NCBI GenBank assembly: GCA_902617485.1
Contig: CACMXD010000001.1
Location: 10,430 to 74,429, forward strand
Source of the DNA: an uncultured Alphaproteobacteria bacterium
GTDB taxonomy: Bacteria; Pseudomonadota; Alphaproteobacteria; HIMB59
Direction: 5' to 3'
Length of the DNA stretch: 64,000 nucleotides
Each line of letters begins with the position of its first letter. Positions within the stretch are counted from its first letter, which is position 1. Shown in pieces: positions 42,812 to 52,192 of the stretch. The translations under genes and the position numbers were made by a program. The notes beneath the pieces were generated by a model. It ran no database searches, was not told the origin of the DNA, and was given only the letters and a program-made list of their open reading frames with translations.

Positions 42812-43252
42812 TTAAAATTTATCTTTTAAAGTTCTCATTATGTCTAAATGCTCAGTTAAAGCCTCAAAAGACACAGCTAGTTCATATACAAGAGTGACTA
42901 ATGCCAATAATACTAAAATAAGATGAATACCAAAACTTATAGCAGAGATGAAGCTGTAATTTAATAACAAAAATAATAAGCTTGTGCACAATGCTATCCC
43001 TCCAAAAAGAGATAAGTAAAGTGTGTAACGTAATAATTTAAGTCTTTTTTCATAATGCAAGATATGAAAAGAATATTCACTTTGACTTTTAAATCTTAAT
43101 TTATTTGTTTCAATATTAGATCGAGAGTCTCTAATTAATTTTGCAAGAGTTGCATACCTAGCTATAACCAATGTTATATAAATAGTGCAAGCAAAGAACA
43201 TTGTCCCTAACATATTACTATTTAATAATATCTCGTGATTTACTATGTCCAT
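42812..43252 (-). CDS. DUF2721-like membrane protein
   Basis: RYATLAKLIR...RLKLLR...TM-TM...ELAVSFEAL. Confidence 0.6.
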   Translation of the reverse strand: MDIVNHEILLNSNMLGTMFFACTIYITLVIARYATLAKLIRDSRSNIETNKLRFKSQSEYSFHILHYEKRLKLLRYTLYLSLFGGIALCTSLLFLLLNYSFISAISFGIHLILVLLALVTLVYELAVSFEALTEHLDIMRTLKDKF

Positions 43253-43276
43253 TGATGAAAAATAGGTGATATTTAC

Positions 43277-43579
43277 TTAAATTACTACCTCAAAACCTTC
43301 AAACTGTGGGTGATCCAAATAAACTGTTTTATGTTCACCAGCATTTTTATGAGCCATCCTAAATGCTTCTGATTTAGTCCAATTTATAAAATCTTGTTTT
43401 GATCCCCACTCACTATGCGATGCATACAGTGTATATTCTTCATTAGACTCACTTTTAATTAAATTAAATTTCTTAAAACCAGGGACTTGGTTTAAATGAG
43501 TATCCCTATTCCTCCAAATATCTTCAAAATGTTTCTCTTCTCCTAATTTTACTTTGAATCTATTCATTGCAATAAACAT
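43277..43579 (-). CDS. ABM-domain monooxygenase (IsdG/HmuQ-like heme-degrading family)
   Basis: MFIAMNRF, FEDIWRNRDTHL, YASHSEW, WTKSEAFRMAH. Confidence 0.88.
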   Translation of the reverse strand: MFIAMNRFKVKLGEEKHFEDIWRNRDTHLNQVPGFKKFNLIKSESNEEYTLYASHSEWGSKQDFINWTKSEAFRMAHKNAGEHKTVYLDHPQFEGFEVVI

Positions 43580-43596
43580 TTATTATCTCCTATGAG

Positions 43597-44055
43597 CTAT
43601 TCTGAAATTATAATTCTAGTGTTGGTTCCTATTGCAATAGTAACTCTAGAACCAATGGGTATTTGTTCTGCACCTGATTGAACTATTGAAATATCATCAT
43701 TTGTGTCATCAACATCTACAACATATTGAAATCCTGTATGATCCCCTAATGACGAGCCAGCAACATAACCTACTATAGCACCACCTATAGTTCCCACTAC
43801 AGCTGCAGCATCTCTGCAGTCATCGTCAAAAATACCCTCTCCACAACCTACAACAAAACCTACTAAACCTCCTGTAAGAGCACCAATACCAGAGCTTTCA
43901 CCAGTAATTTTGACTGGTTCAGCTGCAACGAGTGTTCCATATTTAACTGTGTTAACTTTTTGAGTATCTGATTTTTTTACCCCAGTATTAAAACCACCAC
44001 ACGCTGTTATCAATGCGAATAATAATAAAAAAGGTAATTTAGGCAGGTCTGTCAT
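43597..44055 (-). CDS. SlyB-like glycine-zipper outer membrane lipoprotein
   Basis: Lipobox ITAC; GALTGGLVG and GTIGGAIVG zipper; start taken at MTDLPKL. Confidence 0.7.
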   Translation of the reverse strand: MTDLPKLPFLLLFALITACGGFNTGVKKSDTQKVNTVKYGTLVAAEPVKITGESSGIGALTGGLVGFVVGCGEGIFDDDCRDAAAVVGTIGGAIVGYVAGSSLGDHTGFQYVVDVDDTNDDISIVQSGAEQIPIGSRVTIAIGTNTRIIISE

Positions 44056-45016
44056 ATTCAACAAATTTTTTAAGTGAATTGGTGAGAAAATTTTCATAAT
44101 TATCAATATTATAATTGATATTTTCATTAATATCCAAATATTTTGGATCTAATATGAAATCAAATGATGGCTCAAAAAAGAAAGGTATTGATACTCGCTC
44201 CTCTTGATTAAATAATACTCTGTGATTAGTTGCTTTCATTTTACCATTTGTTAAACACTCTAAAGCTAAACCTGTATTAATAACAAAAGCATTTGGGTCA
44301 TGAGGAACATCATACCACTCTAAAGAATGTCTATTTTGAACTTGCAAGCCACCTTTTTTGTCCTGATATAAGATAGTCATTATCCCACTATCTACATGGG
44401 TTTCACAACCTAAAGCAACACCGTCTTGTGAAGAGACTTCAACAGGTTTATCTTGTTTGGGATAGTAATTAAATCTCAAAGTAGAGAGTGTTTTGGGTCT
44501 TTGAAAAGCCTTTTCAGCTAAAGATAAATCTGAGGAAAATGAAGATATGATTGATTTAAATATGGTAATTCCTAAGTTATGAAGATCATCAAAATAATTA
44601 TTTATCGTAATTTGCCACTCTGGATCTAAAAAAGACATATCGTGATTAACTTCAAATTTTTCCTTTTTTAACAAATCAACCATATTTTGCTTTAAAAGCG
44701 GATCTCCTATATCTAAACCCTCTTTACCATTTACAGAACTAGGAAAATAACCCCTATAAACAGTATTAGTATTGGGGTTCCATTTTTTAGGAGCTATTTT
44801 TAGTTTCTCTTCGTCTTTTAAGTAAAAAAATTTTTTACAAGTTTTTAAAAGATTATTTATTTTTGAAATTGGAATACCGTGATTTGTAACTGTAAAAAAA
44901 CCAATTTCTTCAGATGCTTTTTTTATATTCTTTGATACTTGTTTAGCAGCATCACTATTAAGATCTTTATCAATAATATTAGATAAATCTATATTTGGAA
45001 TATAATTACTCTGCAT
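44039..45016 (-). CDS. 2OG-Fe(II) dioxygenase, IPNS/DIOX family
   Basis: IGFFTVTNHGI, LRFNYYP, HVD, GGLQV, TNHRV, RVSIPFF. Confidence 0.9.
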   Translation of the reverse strand: MQSNYIPNIDLSNIIDKDLNSDAAKQVSKNIKKASEEIGFFTVTNHGIPISKINNLLKTCKKFFYLKDEEKLKIAPKKWNPNTNTVYRGYFPSSVNGKEGLDIGDPLLKQNMVDLLKKEKFEVNHDMSFLDPEWQITINNYFDDLHNLGITIFKSIISSFSSDLSLAEKAFQRPKTLSTLRFNYYPKQDKPVEVSSQDGVALGCETHVDSGIMTILYQDKKGGLQVQNRHSLEWYDVPHDPNAFVINTGLALECLTNGKMKATNHRVLFNQEERVSIPFFFEPSFDFILDPKYLDINENINYNIDNYENFLTNSLKKFVEYDRPA

Positions 45017-45200
45017 CGCCAATTTTAAAATATAGTTTTTTGATATATTTCTGTTTCCTTTTTATAGGGAGCTCATAAAATTCATCAATTGAAATTGGTT
45101 CACCTATTTTTTTTTGATTTTCAGTAAGTTCAGCTATTATAGATTCATAATAGTTTGCCCACTCTGCATTAGTTTTTGGGGGTTGTTGATCTTCCATCAT
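45006..45200 (-). CDS. Small hypothetical protein
   Basis: 64 aa ORF overlapping both neighbours (ATGA with mfd stop). Confidence 0.6.
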   Translation of the reverse strand: MMEDQQPPKTNAEWANYYESIIAELTENQKKIGEPISIDEFYELPIKRKQKYIKKLYFKIGDAE

Positions 45201-48200
45201 TTTAATCCTAACTTTTTATAGAAAAGATTTATAGTGTAAAATAAGTCCTTACTGTCATTATTTTTGATCTGAATAGAACTAGAACTTTGCATTTTGATAA
45301 TATTTTCTTGTGCCATTTGAATTAAATCATCTAGTGTTTTTTGACTTGCTTTTTTAAAAGTAATATCAATAAAATTTCTTTTTATATTTATTTTTGAAAT
45401 ACCAAGGGTAAGAGATTTAATTTTAATAGTTAGTAAATTAAATAAATTAGTAACTTCAACTGGGTAATTACCATATCGATCATATATCTCATCTAAAACA
45501 TTTTTGAGCTCTTGAATATTCTTTGAATTAGTAAATTTACGATAAATAATCAACCTGGAAATATCATCAGATATGTAATTCTTTGGAATGTAATACTCAA
45601 AAAATGCATCGAATTCAAATTCATCATAATCATCTTCAGTTTCTGCATTATTATTTTTTTGTCTTTCCACCTCTTCTTTTAACATACTTTGGTAAAGCTC
45701 TATTCCAATATCTTTCACATGACCACTTTGCTCATCACCAAGTAAATTACCCGCTCCTCTTATTTCTAAATCCTCATTAGCTAACTGAAAATTTGACCCT
45801 AGATTTTCATAGTTAGCTAAAACTTGAAGTTTCTTTAGAGCTGTTTTATTGATTAATTTTTCACTGTCATGAAATAAATAGGCATATGCTCTTTTATTTG
45901 AACGACCTACCCTACCTCGCAATTGATATAATTGAGATAAACCAAATAAATTAGAATTAAAAATTATTAGTGTGTTTGCATTTTTAATATCTATTCCAGA
46001 CTCAATAATATTTGTAGAAATAAGGCACTGTATCTCACCTTTTGTAAAAGATATGAACACATCCTCAATATCTTTTTCTTTCATTTTACTGTGACCTACT
46101 CCGTAAGAAAGATCTATACTTAATTTTTTAATTTCATTTTCGACAAAAGGAATATGGCTTATTCTTGGTACAACAATAAAAATTTGTCCATTCCTTTCTA
46201 ATTCATTCTTTATTGCTGAAATGAGAGCAACAGACTCATATTTTTGAACATAAGTTCTTATACTAATTCTATTTGATGGAGGTGTTCCAATAATACTTAA
46301 ATCTTTTAAGCCTAATAAAGACATCTGAAGTGTTCTAGGAATAGGTGTGGCAGACAATGAAAATAAATGAATAGTTGGGTATTTGTTGATCAAATATTCC
46401 TTTTGATCGACACCAAATTTTTGTTCTTCATCTATTACCAGTGTGCCTAAATTATTAAATTCTATATCTTTTTTAAAAAGACTATGTGTTGCAATAAGAA
46501 TTTGAATATCACCTGACTTTAATGAAATTAAAATTTCTTTTTTTTCTTTTGACGAAGTAAATCTAGATAGACATGCAACCTTAATGTTAAATACTGAAAA
46601 CCTCTCGCTAAACGTATTAGTGTGTTGCATTGCTAGTAATGTGGTGGGAACAACTATTACAAATTGAAAACCTGATAAATATGTTGCACATGCAATTCTT
46701 AAAGCAACTTCAGTTTTACCAAATCCTACATCGCCACATATAAGGCGATTAGATGGTTTATCTTGTTTTAAATCATTTAAAGATTGTTCAATTGAGTTTA
46801 ATTGGTCCTCAGTTTCAACAAATGGAAATTGTTGATTAAATTTCTCAAGATCAGAATTATTATATTGAAACTCTTTGATGTTTATAGTGGATCTCTTTGC
46901 TGCATTTTTCAAAAGTTTATTAGCTAGAAAACGAATTTTCTTCTTAACTGAAGATTTTCTTAAAATCCAATCATTCGTGCCTAATTTATCAAGAAGTAGA
47001 TTATTATCATCAAACCCATATCTTGAAATATAGTTTAAATTTTCAATTGGTAGTAAAAGCTTGTCGTTACCGCGGTAAATTAATCTAATAAACTCCCTAA
47101 TTCGATTATTAATTTCAATATTATCTATGGATATGAATCTCCCAATTCCATGTTTTTGATGAACAACTGCATCTCCTAATGAAAGATCATTAAAATTGAT
47201 TATAGTGTCTAAATTCGTCTTTTTTGTAGTATGAGTGTTTTTATTGAGGTGTACGACACCATCAAATAGATAGTCTTTTGAGATTACAGATTTATAGAAA
47301 TATAAATTATTACCATAATTTGGTTCAATATTCTTCTTTTGATGAAATTCATTTTCTATTGAGGAGGAATTTTTTCCACTATGAAAATATATTTTATTAC
47401 TCATTTTAGAAAATTCATCTAAAGAGGTATTTGATGTAATTTTTAATGATTTAGGAGAGCTAGATAATATATTTGTAAATTTAAAATTTTTTATTTTGTT
47501 ATCTTCTAAATAATAATTTGAAAAAGGGATCTCAGGTTGGACTTGATCAAAAATTGATTTAAGAAAATTTAGCTTTTCTTTTAATATTATGTCGCTTCTA
47601 TTAATTGTATAAATGGAATATCCCATAACGATATCCTCAAAATAACAATCTTTATTACTTGGCTCTAATAACTCAATATTAGGGTTAAATATATCAATCC
47701 TCTCTTTCTCATCTTTAAAAGTAAGTTGTGTTTGAGGATTGAATTCTTTTATTGTTTCAATCACATTATCAAAGAATGAAATTCTATAAGGATTATTATT
47801 ACTGTTATAAATATCTAAAATATCCCCTCTTAGTGAAAATTCGAGTTTATTATAAGCATTTGCTTGGTTTGAATGATTAAATTCAACTAATTTTTCTAAA
47901 ATTGTATTAGCTTCAATAGTTTGATTTTTAGTTAATGTAAAAAAATGATTAGCATCTTTATTTATTTGAAATTTTTTTAAAAGATTATTGCAAGTTATTA
48001 TTATTATATCATTATGAGTTAATGTCTGTAATTTTTCTGACCTATCAAGTAAGATGTCAGATGATGAACTTTCAGAACTGAATGGTAAAGAGTCATGTGC
48101 TGGAAAATAACATATTTTCTTATGGGGATAATGTATATTTAGAATATTTTCATAGTCTAGAGCTATCTTATCATCTTCACATAATAAAATTGATTTATTG

Positions 48201-48226
48201 CCAAATTTAGAAACAGGATTTTCCAA
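45197..48226 (-). CDS. mfd: Transcription-repair coupling factor
   Basis: VVHQKHGIGRF (RID), CGDVGFGKTEVA, DEEQKFGV, SATPIPRTL, QLRGRVGRS, DLEIRGAGN, TRCF domain. Confidence 0.95.
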   Translation of the reverse strand: MENPVSKFGNKSILLCEDDKIALDYENILNIHYPHKKICYFPAHDSLPFSSESSSSDILLDRSEKLQTLTHNDIIIITCNNLLKKFQINKDANHFFTLTKNQTIEANTILEKLVEFNHSNQANAYNKLEFSLRGDILDIYNSNNNPYRISFFDNVIETIKEFNPQTQLTFKDEKERIDIFNPNIELLEPSNKDCYFEDIVMGYSIYTINRSDIILKEKLNFLKSIFDQVQPEIPFSNYYLEDNKIKNFKFTNILSSSPKSLKITSNTSLDEFSKMSNKIYFHSGKNSSSIENEFHQKKNIEPNYGNNLYFYKSVISKDYLFDGVVHLNKNTHTTKKTNLDTIINFNDLSLGDAVVHQKHGIGRFISIDNIEINNRIREFIRLIYRGNDKLLLPIENLNYISRYGFDDNNLLLDKLGTNDWILRKSSVKKKIRFLANKLLKNAAKRSTINIKEFQYNNSDLEKFNQQFPFVETEDQLNSIEQSLNDLKQDKPSNRLICGDVGFGKTEVALRIACATYLSGFQFVIVVPTTLLAMQHTNTFSERFSVFNIKVACLSRFTSSKEKKEILISLKSGDIQILIATHSLFKKDIEFNNLGTLVIDEEQKFGVDQKEYLINKYPTIHLFSLSATPIPRTLQMSLLGLKDLSIIGTPPSNRISIRTYVQKYESVALISAIKNELERNGQIFIVVPRISHIPFVENEIKKLSIDLSYGVGHSKMKEKDIEDVFISFTKGEIQCLISTNIIESGIDIKNANTLIIFNSNLFGLSQLYQLRGRVGRSNKRAYAYLFHDSEKLINKTALKKLQVLANYENLGSNFQLANEDLEIRGAGNLLGDEQSGHVKDIGIELYQSMLKEEVERQKNNNAETEDDYDEFEFDAFFEYYIPKNYISDDISRLIIYRKFTNSKNIQELKNVLDEIYDRYGNYPVEVTNLFNLLTIKIKSLTLGISKINIKRNFIDITFKKASQKTLDDLIQMAQENIIKMQSSSSIQIKNNDSKDLFYTINLFYKKLGLK

Positions 48227-48228
48227 TA

Positions 48229-48477
48229 TTATTTTGATAAATTTATAATATTAAGGTATTTAATTTTATCATCTTTGAAAGACTCATTAAAAAATACGTC
48301 AAATATGTATTGCGTTTCATTCTTTAATAAATCATCTAATTGATCAATTAGAGCCTCATCATTAATGTTTTCAAGTTTTGAATAAATTCTCTCAAAAATT
48401 ACATCTAATTCTTTTATACCTAATGTTTGACATCGATATTTTATTTTTTTTAATTTATCTTTGTAGTTATTATTCAT
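48229..48477 (-). CDS. sdhE: Succinate dehydrogenase assembly factor (SdhE/Sdh5), divergent
   Basis: YRCQTLGIKELD; canonical recG-sdhE-mfd synteny. Confidence 0.7.
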   Translation of the reverse strand: MNNNYKDKLKKIKYRCQTLGIKELDVIFERIYSKLENINDEALIDQLDDLLKNETQYIFDVFFNESFKDDKIKYLNIINLSK

Positions 48478-50545
48478 GAACGACAATAGTTTCGATTTTT
48501 TATATCAGAATGTAGAAAAACTTAAAGGAATAGGTCCAAAGAAAGCGTCCTATTTTAAAAATCTAAATATAAACACAGTTATTGATATATTTTATAATTT
48601 ACCGACTAGATCAATAGATCGTACTCAGGATATTGACTTTAAAAATCTTGAAAAAGGACAAACTATCACCACTCTCGTTAAGGTAAAAAAACATCATTTT
48701 CCTTTCAATCCTAAACTACCCTACGTAATTGAATGTGAAAAAGGATCTTTAATTATAAACATAATTTATTTCTCAATAAGAGGGAATTTTCTTAGAAAAA
48801 AATATCCTGAAAACAAAGAATTAATTATTAGTGGAAAAGTATCATTTTATAAAAGCAATCTTAGTGTAGCACACCCTGATTACATAGAAGAGATAGAAAA
48901 TGAGGATAAGTTAAGAACTTTTGAAAATATTTATCCTTTAACAAGGGGTATCTCGTTAAAAGATATCAGAATAGTTTTAAATGACGCAAAAAATCATTTA
49001 AATAAATTTGATGAATGGTTGAACGAAAATATTATTAAAAAATATAATTTTTCAAGTTTCAATGAATCATTAATAAAAATGCATTTTCCCTCTGTTAAAG
49101 AAGATATTGATAATAGAGAAAATTTTAGAAAAAGGTTAGCAGTCGATGAATTGGTATCAAATTATTTTGCAATTAGATACTTGAAAGAAAAAACAAAAAG
49201 AAAAAATGAGAGTTTAAATCTTAAATTTAATTTACAAGAAAAATTGATAAATGAACTACCTTTTGAGTTGACAAAAAATCAATATAAAATCATAAACGAT
49301 ATAAATTATTATAATAATACTCAATATAGAGAAACAGTACTATTACAAGGTGATGTAGGTTCAGGTAAAACTATTGTATCCTTACTAACAGCAATCCCTT
49401 TTATTCAGAAACATAAACAAGTTGCGTATATGGCGCCTACAGAAATATTAGCTAATCAAATTTACAATAATTTATTAAATCACTTAGATAATGAAGAAGT
49501 TAATCCTATATTGCTCACTGGAAGTAGTAAAAATAAAAGTAAAATTTATGAAAAAATAGAAAAGGGTATTTTTAATTTTATTATTGGCACTCATGCTATT
49601 TTTCAAGAAAACTTAAATTTCTCATCTTTGGCATATGTAATAATCGATGAACAACATCGATTTGGCGTTCAACAAAGACTGTATTTAGCTGAAAAAGGAA
49701 TAAATACAAATATTCTATTAATGTCTGCCACACCTATTCCAAGAACTCTTGCATTAGCTCAATATGGTGAAATAGAACAGGTAATACTCAAAGAAAAGCC
49801 AGCTTTTCAAAAACCGATAATAACTAAAGTATCAAATATTGACAAAATTAAAGATATAGAAATTTTGTTAAAGAAAAAAATTTCAAATGTATCTCAAGTT
49901 TACTGGATTTGTCCTTTAGTAGAAGCATCAGAGACTCAAAAGTACAAAGATGTAGAAACACGATTTAAGTCTTTGAAGAAAATATTTGGTTCAGAAGTTG
50001 AAATGTTACATGGTAAAATTAAGAGTGATCAAAAAGAAAGAATTATTCAAAATTTTCAAAAAGGAAACATAAAAATATTAGTTGCTACTACTGTAGTAGA
50101 GGTAGGTATAGATAATAAAAATGCAGATTATATTGTAATTGAAAATGCAGAAAAATTTGGCTTATCTCAATTACATCAGTTAAGAGGAAGAGTAGGAAGA
50201 GGTAACAATCAAGGCTATTGTTTTGCTTTATATGGCAAGGATTTACCTGATAATACGATAAATCGACTAAAAATATTCAAAGAAAACTTAGATGGTTTTA
50301 AATTATCCGAAAAAGATCTCGAAATTAGAGGCACTGGTGACATATTAGGATATCGTCAAAGTGGTGACTCATTATTCAAGTTTGTGAATGTTTATCATGA
50401 TCAAGAACTAATAATAGATGCACTTCAATATGTAAAAAAATTGATTGAAAAAAAAGAGTATGAAAATGAAAAATTTAAGAAAGATATATATAAGTTACTT
50501 ATGTTTTTTAAGCAGCAAGAAGCAATAAAACTATTATTTAGTTAA
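48476..50545 (+). CDS. recG: ATP-dependent DNA helicase RecG
   Basis: LKGIGPK, wedge domain, LQGDVGSGKT, DEQHRFGV, QLHQLRGRVGRG, DGFKLSEKDL. Confidence 0.95.
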   Translation: MNDNSFDFLYQNVEKLKGIGPKKASYFKNLNINTVIDIFYNLPTRSIDRTQDIDFKNLEKGQTITTLVKVKKHHFPFNPKLPYVIECEKGSLIINIIYFSIRGNFLRKKYPENKELIISGKVSFYKSNLSVAHPDYIEEIENEDKLRTFENIYPLTRGISLKDIRIVLNDAKNHLNKFDEWLNENIIKKYNFSSFNESLIKMHFPSVKEDIDNRENFRKRLAVDELVSNYFAIRYLKEKTKRKNESLNLKFNLQEKLINELPFELTKNQYKIINDINYYNNTQYRETVLLQGDVGSGKTIVSLLTAIPFIQKHKQVAYMAPTEILANQIYNNLLNHLDNEEVNPILLTGSSKNKSKIYEKIEKGIFNFIIGTHAIFQENLNFSSLAYVIIDEQHRFGVQQRLYLAEKGINTNILLMSATPIPRTLALAQYGEIEQVILKEKPAFQKPIITKVSNIDKIKDIEILLKKKISNVSQVYWICPLVEASETQKYKDVETRFKSLKKIFGSEVEMLHGKIKSDQKERIIQNFQKGNIKILVATTVVEVGIDNKNADYIVIENAEKFGLSQLHQLRGRVGRGNNQGYCFALYGKDLPDNTINRLKIFKENLDGFKLSEKDLEIRGTGDILGYRQSGDSLFKFVNVYHDQELIIDALQYVKKLIEKKEYENEKFKKDIYKLLMFFKQQEAIKLLFS

Positions 50546-51181
50546 CTTTTTAATTTTTTTCTTTTTAGGAAGAGCTTTTTTAATTTCCGGTGCTTTGGGT
50601 GTAACTAGTCCAGCAGAAATAATGTATTTGATTGCTTGATCGACAGACATATTAAGTTTGGTACATTTTGATAATGGAACAAACATTAAGAATCCTGTAG
50701 TTGGATTAGGTGTAGATGGCATGAAAACATTTATCATCTTTTGATTTTTTCTCTTTGCTATTTCCCCTTTTGTTTCACTTGTTAAAAATGCAAGAGCAAA
50801 AATATCTTTTTGAGGATATTCAATAAGAACAACCTCTTTAAAAGCATTAGACTGTGTCGTAGCAAAAGTATCAATAATCTGTTTTACTGTATTATAGATT
50901 GAGTTTAAGCCAGGTATTTTAGATAAAACAGCATCAACTACTCGATGATAAAGCTTTCCAAAAAAACTTCCTGCTATGGCTCCTAAAATTGTAAAAAATA
51001 GAAAAGCAACTATTAAACCAACACCAGGTATTTCAGATGGAATACCAAATTTATTTAGAGGTATGAAAGGTCTAAATATTTTATCTGCAAAACCAACTAC
51101 TACCCATGCAACGTAAATAGATAAAGCTAATGGTGCAACAATTAATATGCCACTAATAAAATGGTTTTGAATTTTTTTCAT
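50534..51181 (-). CDS. DUF502 family membrane protein
   Basis: IYNTVKQI, VVLIEYP, VFMPSTPNPTTGFL, IISAG. Confidence 0.9.
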   Translation of the reverse strand: MKKIQNHFISGILIVAPLALSIYVAWVVVGFADKIFRPFIPLNKFGIPSEIPGVGLIVAFLFFTILGAIAGSFFGKLYHRVVDAVLSKIPGLNSIYNTVKQIIDTFATTQSNAFKEVVLIEYPQKDIFALAFLTSETKGEIAKRKNQKMINVFMPSTPNPTTGFLMFVPLSKCTKLNMSVDQAIKYIISAGLVTPKAPEIKKALPKKKKIKKLTK

Positions 51182-51186
51182 TTATA

Positions 51187-51366
51187 TTAATTTTTTATTT
51201 TATCTTCAAACTCAAAAACATTCTTATTATTAATTTCAAAAGATACTTTTATCGATAGATCTTTTACTTCAGGGTTATTTTCAATGAATTGATTAAGTTC
51301 TTGTTGTGAGCTAATCCCTAACCTTTTCAGAAATTTTCTAACTTTCAATTGTGTTTCATCATCCAT
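51187..51366 (-). CDS. 59-aa DUF6494-like protein (absent from ORF track)
   Basis: Hand translation MDDETQLKVRKFLKRLGISSQQELNQFIENNPEVKDLSIKVSFEINNKNVFEFEDKIKN; ends 5 nt before the DUF502 start. Confidence 0.7.
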   Translation of the reverse strand: MDDETQLKVRKFLKRLGISSQQELNQFIENNPEVKDLSIKVSFEINNKNVFEFEDKIKN

Positions 51367-51414
51367 GAAATTGATAATATGGATTTTTTTTCATATTTGA
51401 AGGCTTTTAAATAA

Positions 51415-51762
51415 TCAAAAACTATAAATGATAGTTAGGATAGTTTTCAATTCTAAGATAGTTGTAGATATGCCTATTACTACTATTAATCTAGCTAAAA
51501 AAGATAGTATTTTTTTGCCTTTATATTTTTGAGAACTTCTCCAAACACCAATGCAAGATGTAAAGTAATAGATTAAATTTAGAACAAGATATAATGAAAA
51601 TGTATAAATAAAATTTTGTATATGTATTTTTGTAACGAGCAATAAAGGTGCCGAAATAAGGAAATTAACAAGAACGTAATAAATCCAATAACTTTTGTAT
51701 AAAGGTAAATTACCTTTAAAAAGCTCCATAAGGTTATTTTCAATTTTTAATATGAAATTCAT
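51415..51762 (-). CDS. Hypothetical membrane protein
   Basis: GNLPLYKSYW...IGVWRSS..Y pattern, 3 TM helices. Confidence 0.65.
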   Translation of the reverse strand: MNFILKIENNLMELFKGNLPLYKSYWIYYVLVNFLISAPLLLVTKIHIQNFIYTFSLYLVLNLIYYFTSCIGVWRSSQKYKGKKILSFLARLIVVIGISTTILELKTILTIIYSF

Positions 51763-52192
51763 ATTTTAATTCTTCCCCATTGAAATTTATTCCAGATTCT
51801 CTCGTGAATATAATAAATTAATATACCGTTCATTATTTTTCATAAATGACAATGGATTTTGTCCAATATAAGTTTGATGTTATAAACATAGCAGAAATAA
51901 ATGTTGTTGTAGATGCGACTAATCTCCATGTGAGTGCCTTGAAAAATGATCTGAGTCTAATTACTTTTTGATTAAGTCTGCCATATTTGAATAAATTCCA
52001 TTCTCTTTCATGAAAATAGTATGTAATAATTTTTAAAATAAAAGCAATTAATGCTACATAGAAAGGAGAAGTTGTATCAAAATTTTCTGAACCATAAGAA
52101 ATAACAAAAAAACTTATCAAAAAGGTATTTATAGAACCAACTATCATATAACTTATAATTTTTAAGATTGATCTATTTTTTGTTACTTTCAT
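51759..52192 (-). pseudogene. Tandem DUF2061 membrane protein with a frameshift (or assembly indel)
   Basis: First repeat YYFHEREW; the second repeat stops at YEK*, but an alternative frame continues YYIHERIWNKFQWGRIKI* to 51759. Confidence 0.7.

Noticed and set aside
44039-45016. Beta-lactam biosynthesis (isopenicillin N synthase)
   Set aside because: No ACV synthetase or other cluster genes; family-level similarity only.
42300-45200. tRNA-Ser-anchored prophage or island with att repeat
   Set aside because: No duplicate of the tRNA 3' end and no integrase found by eye.
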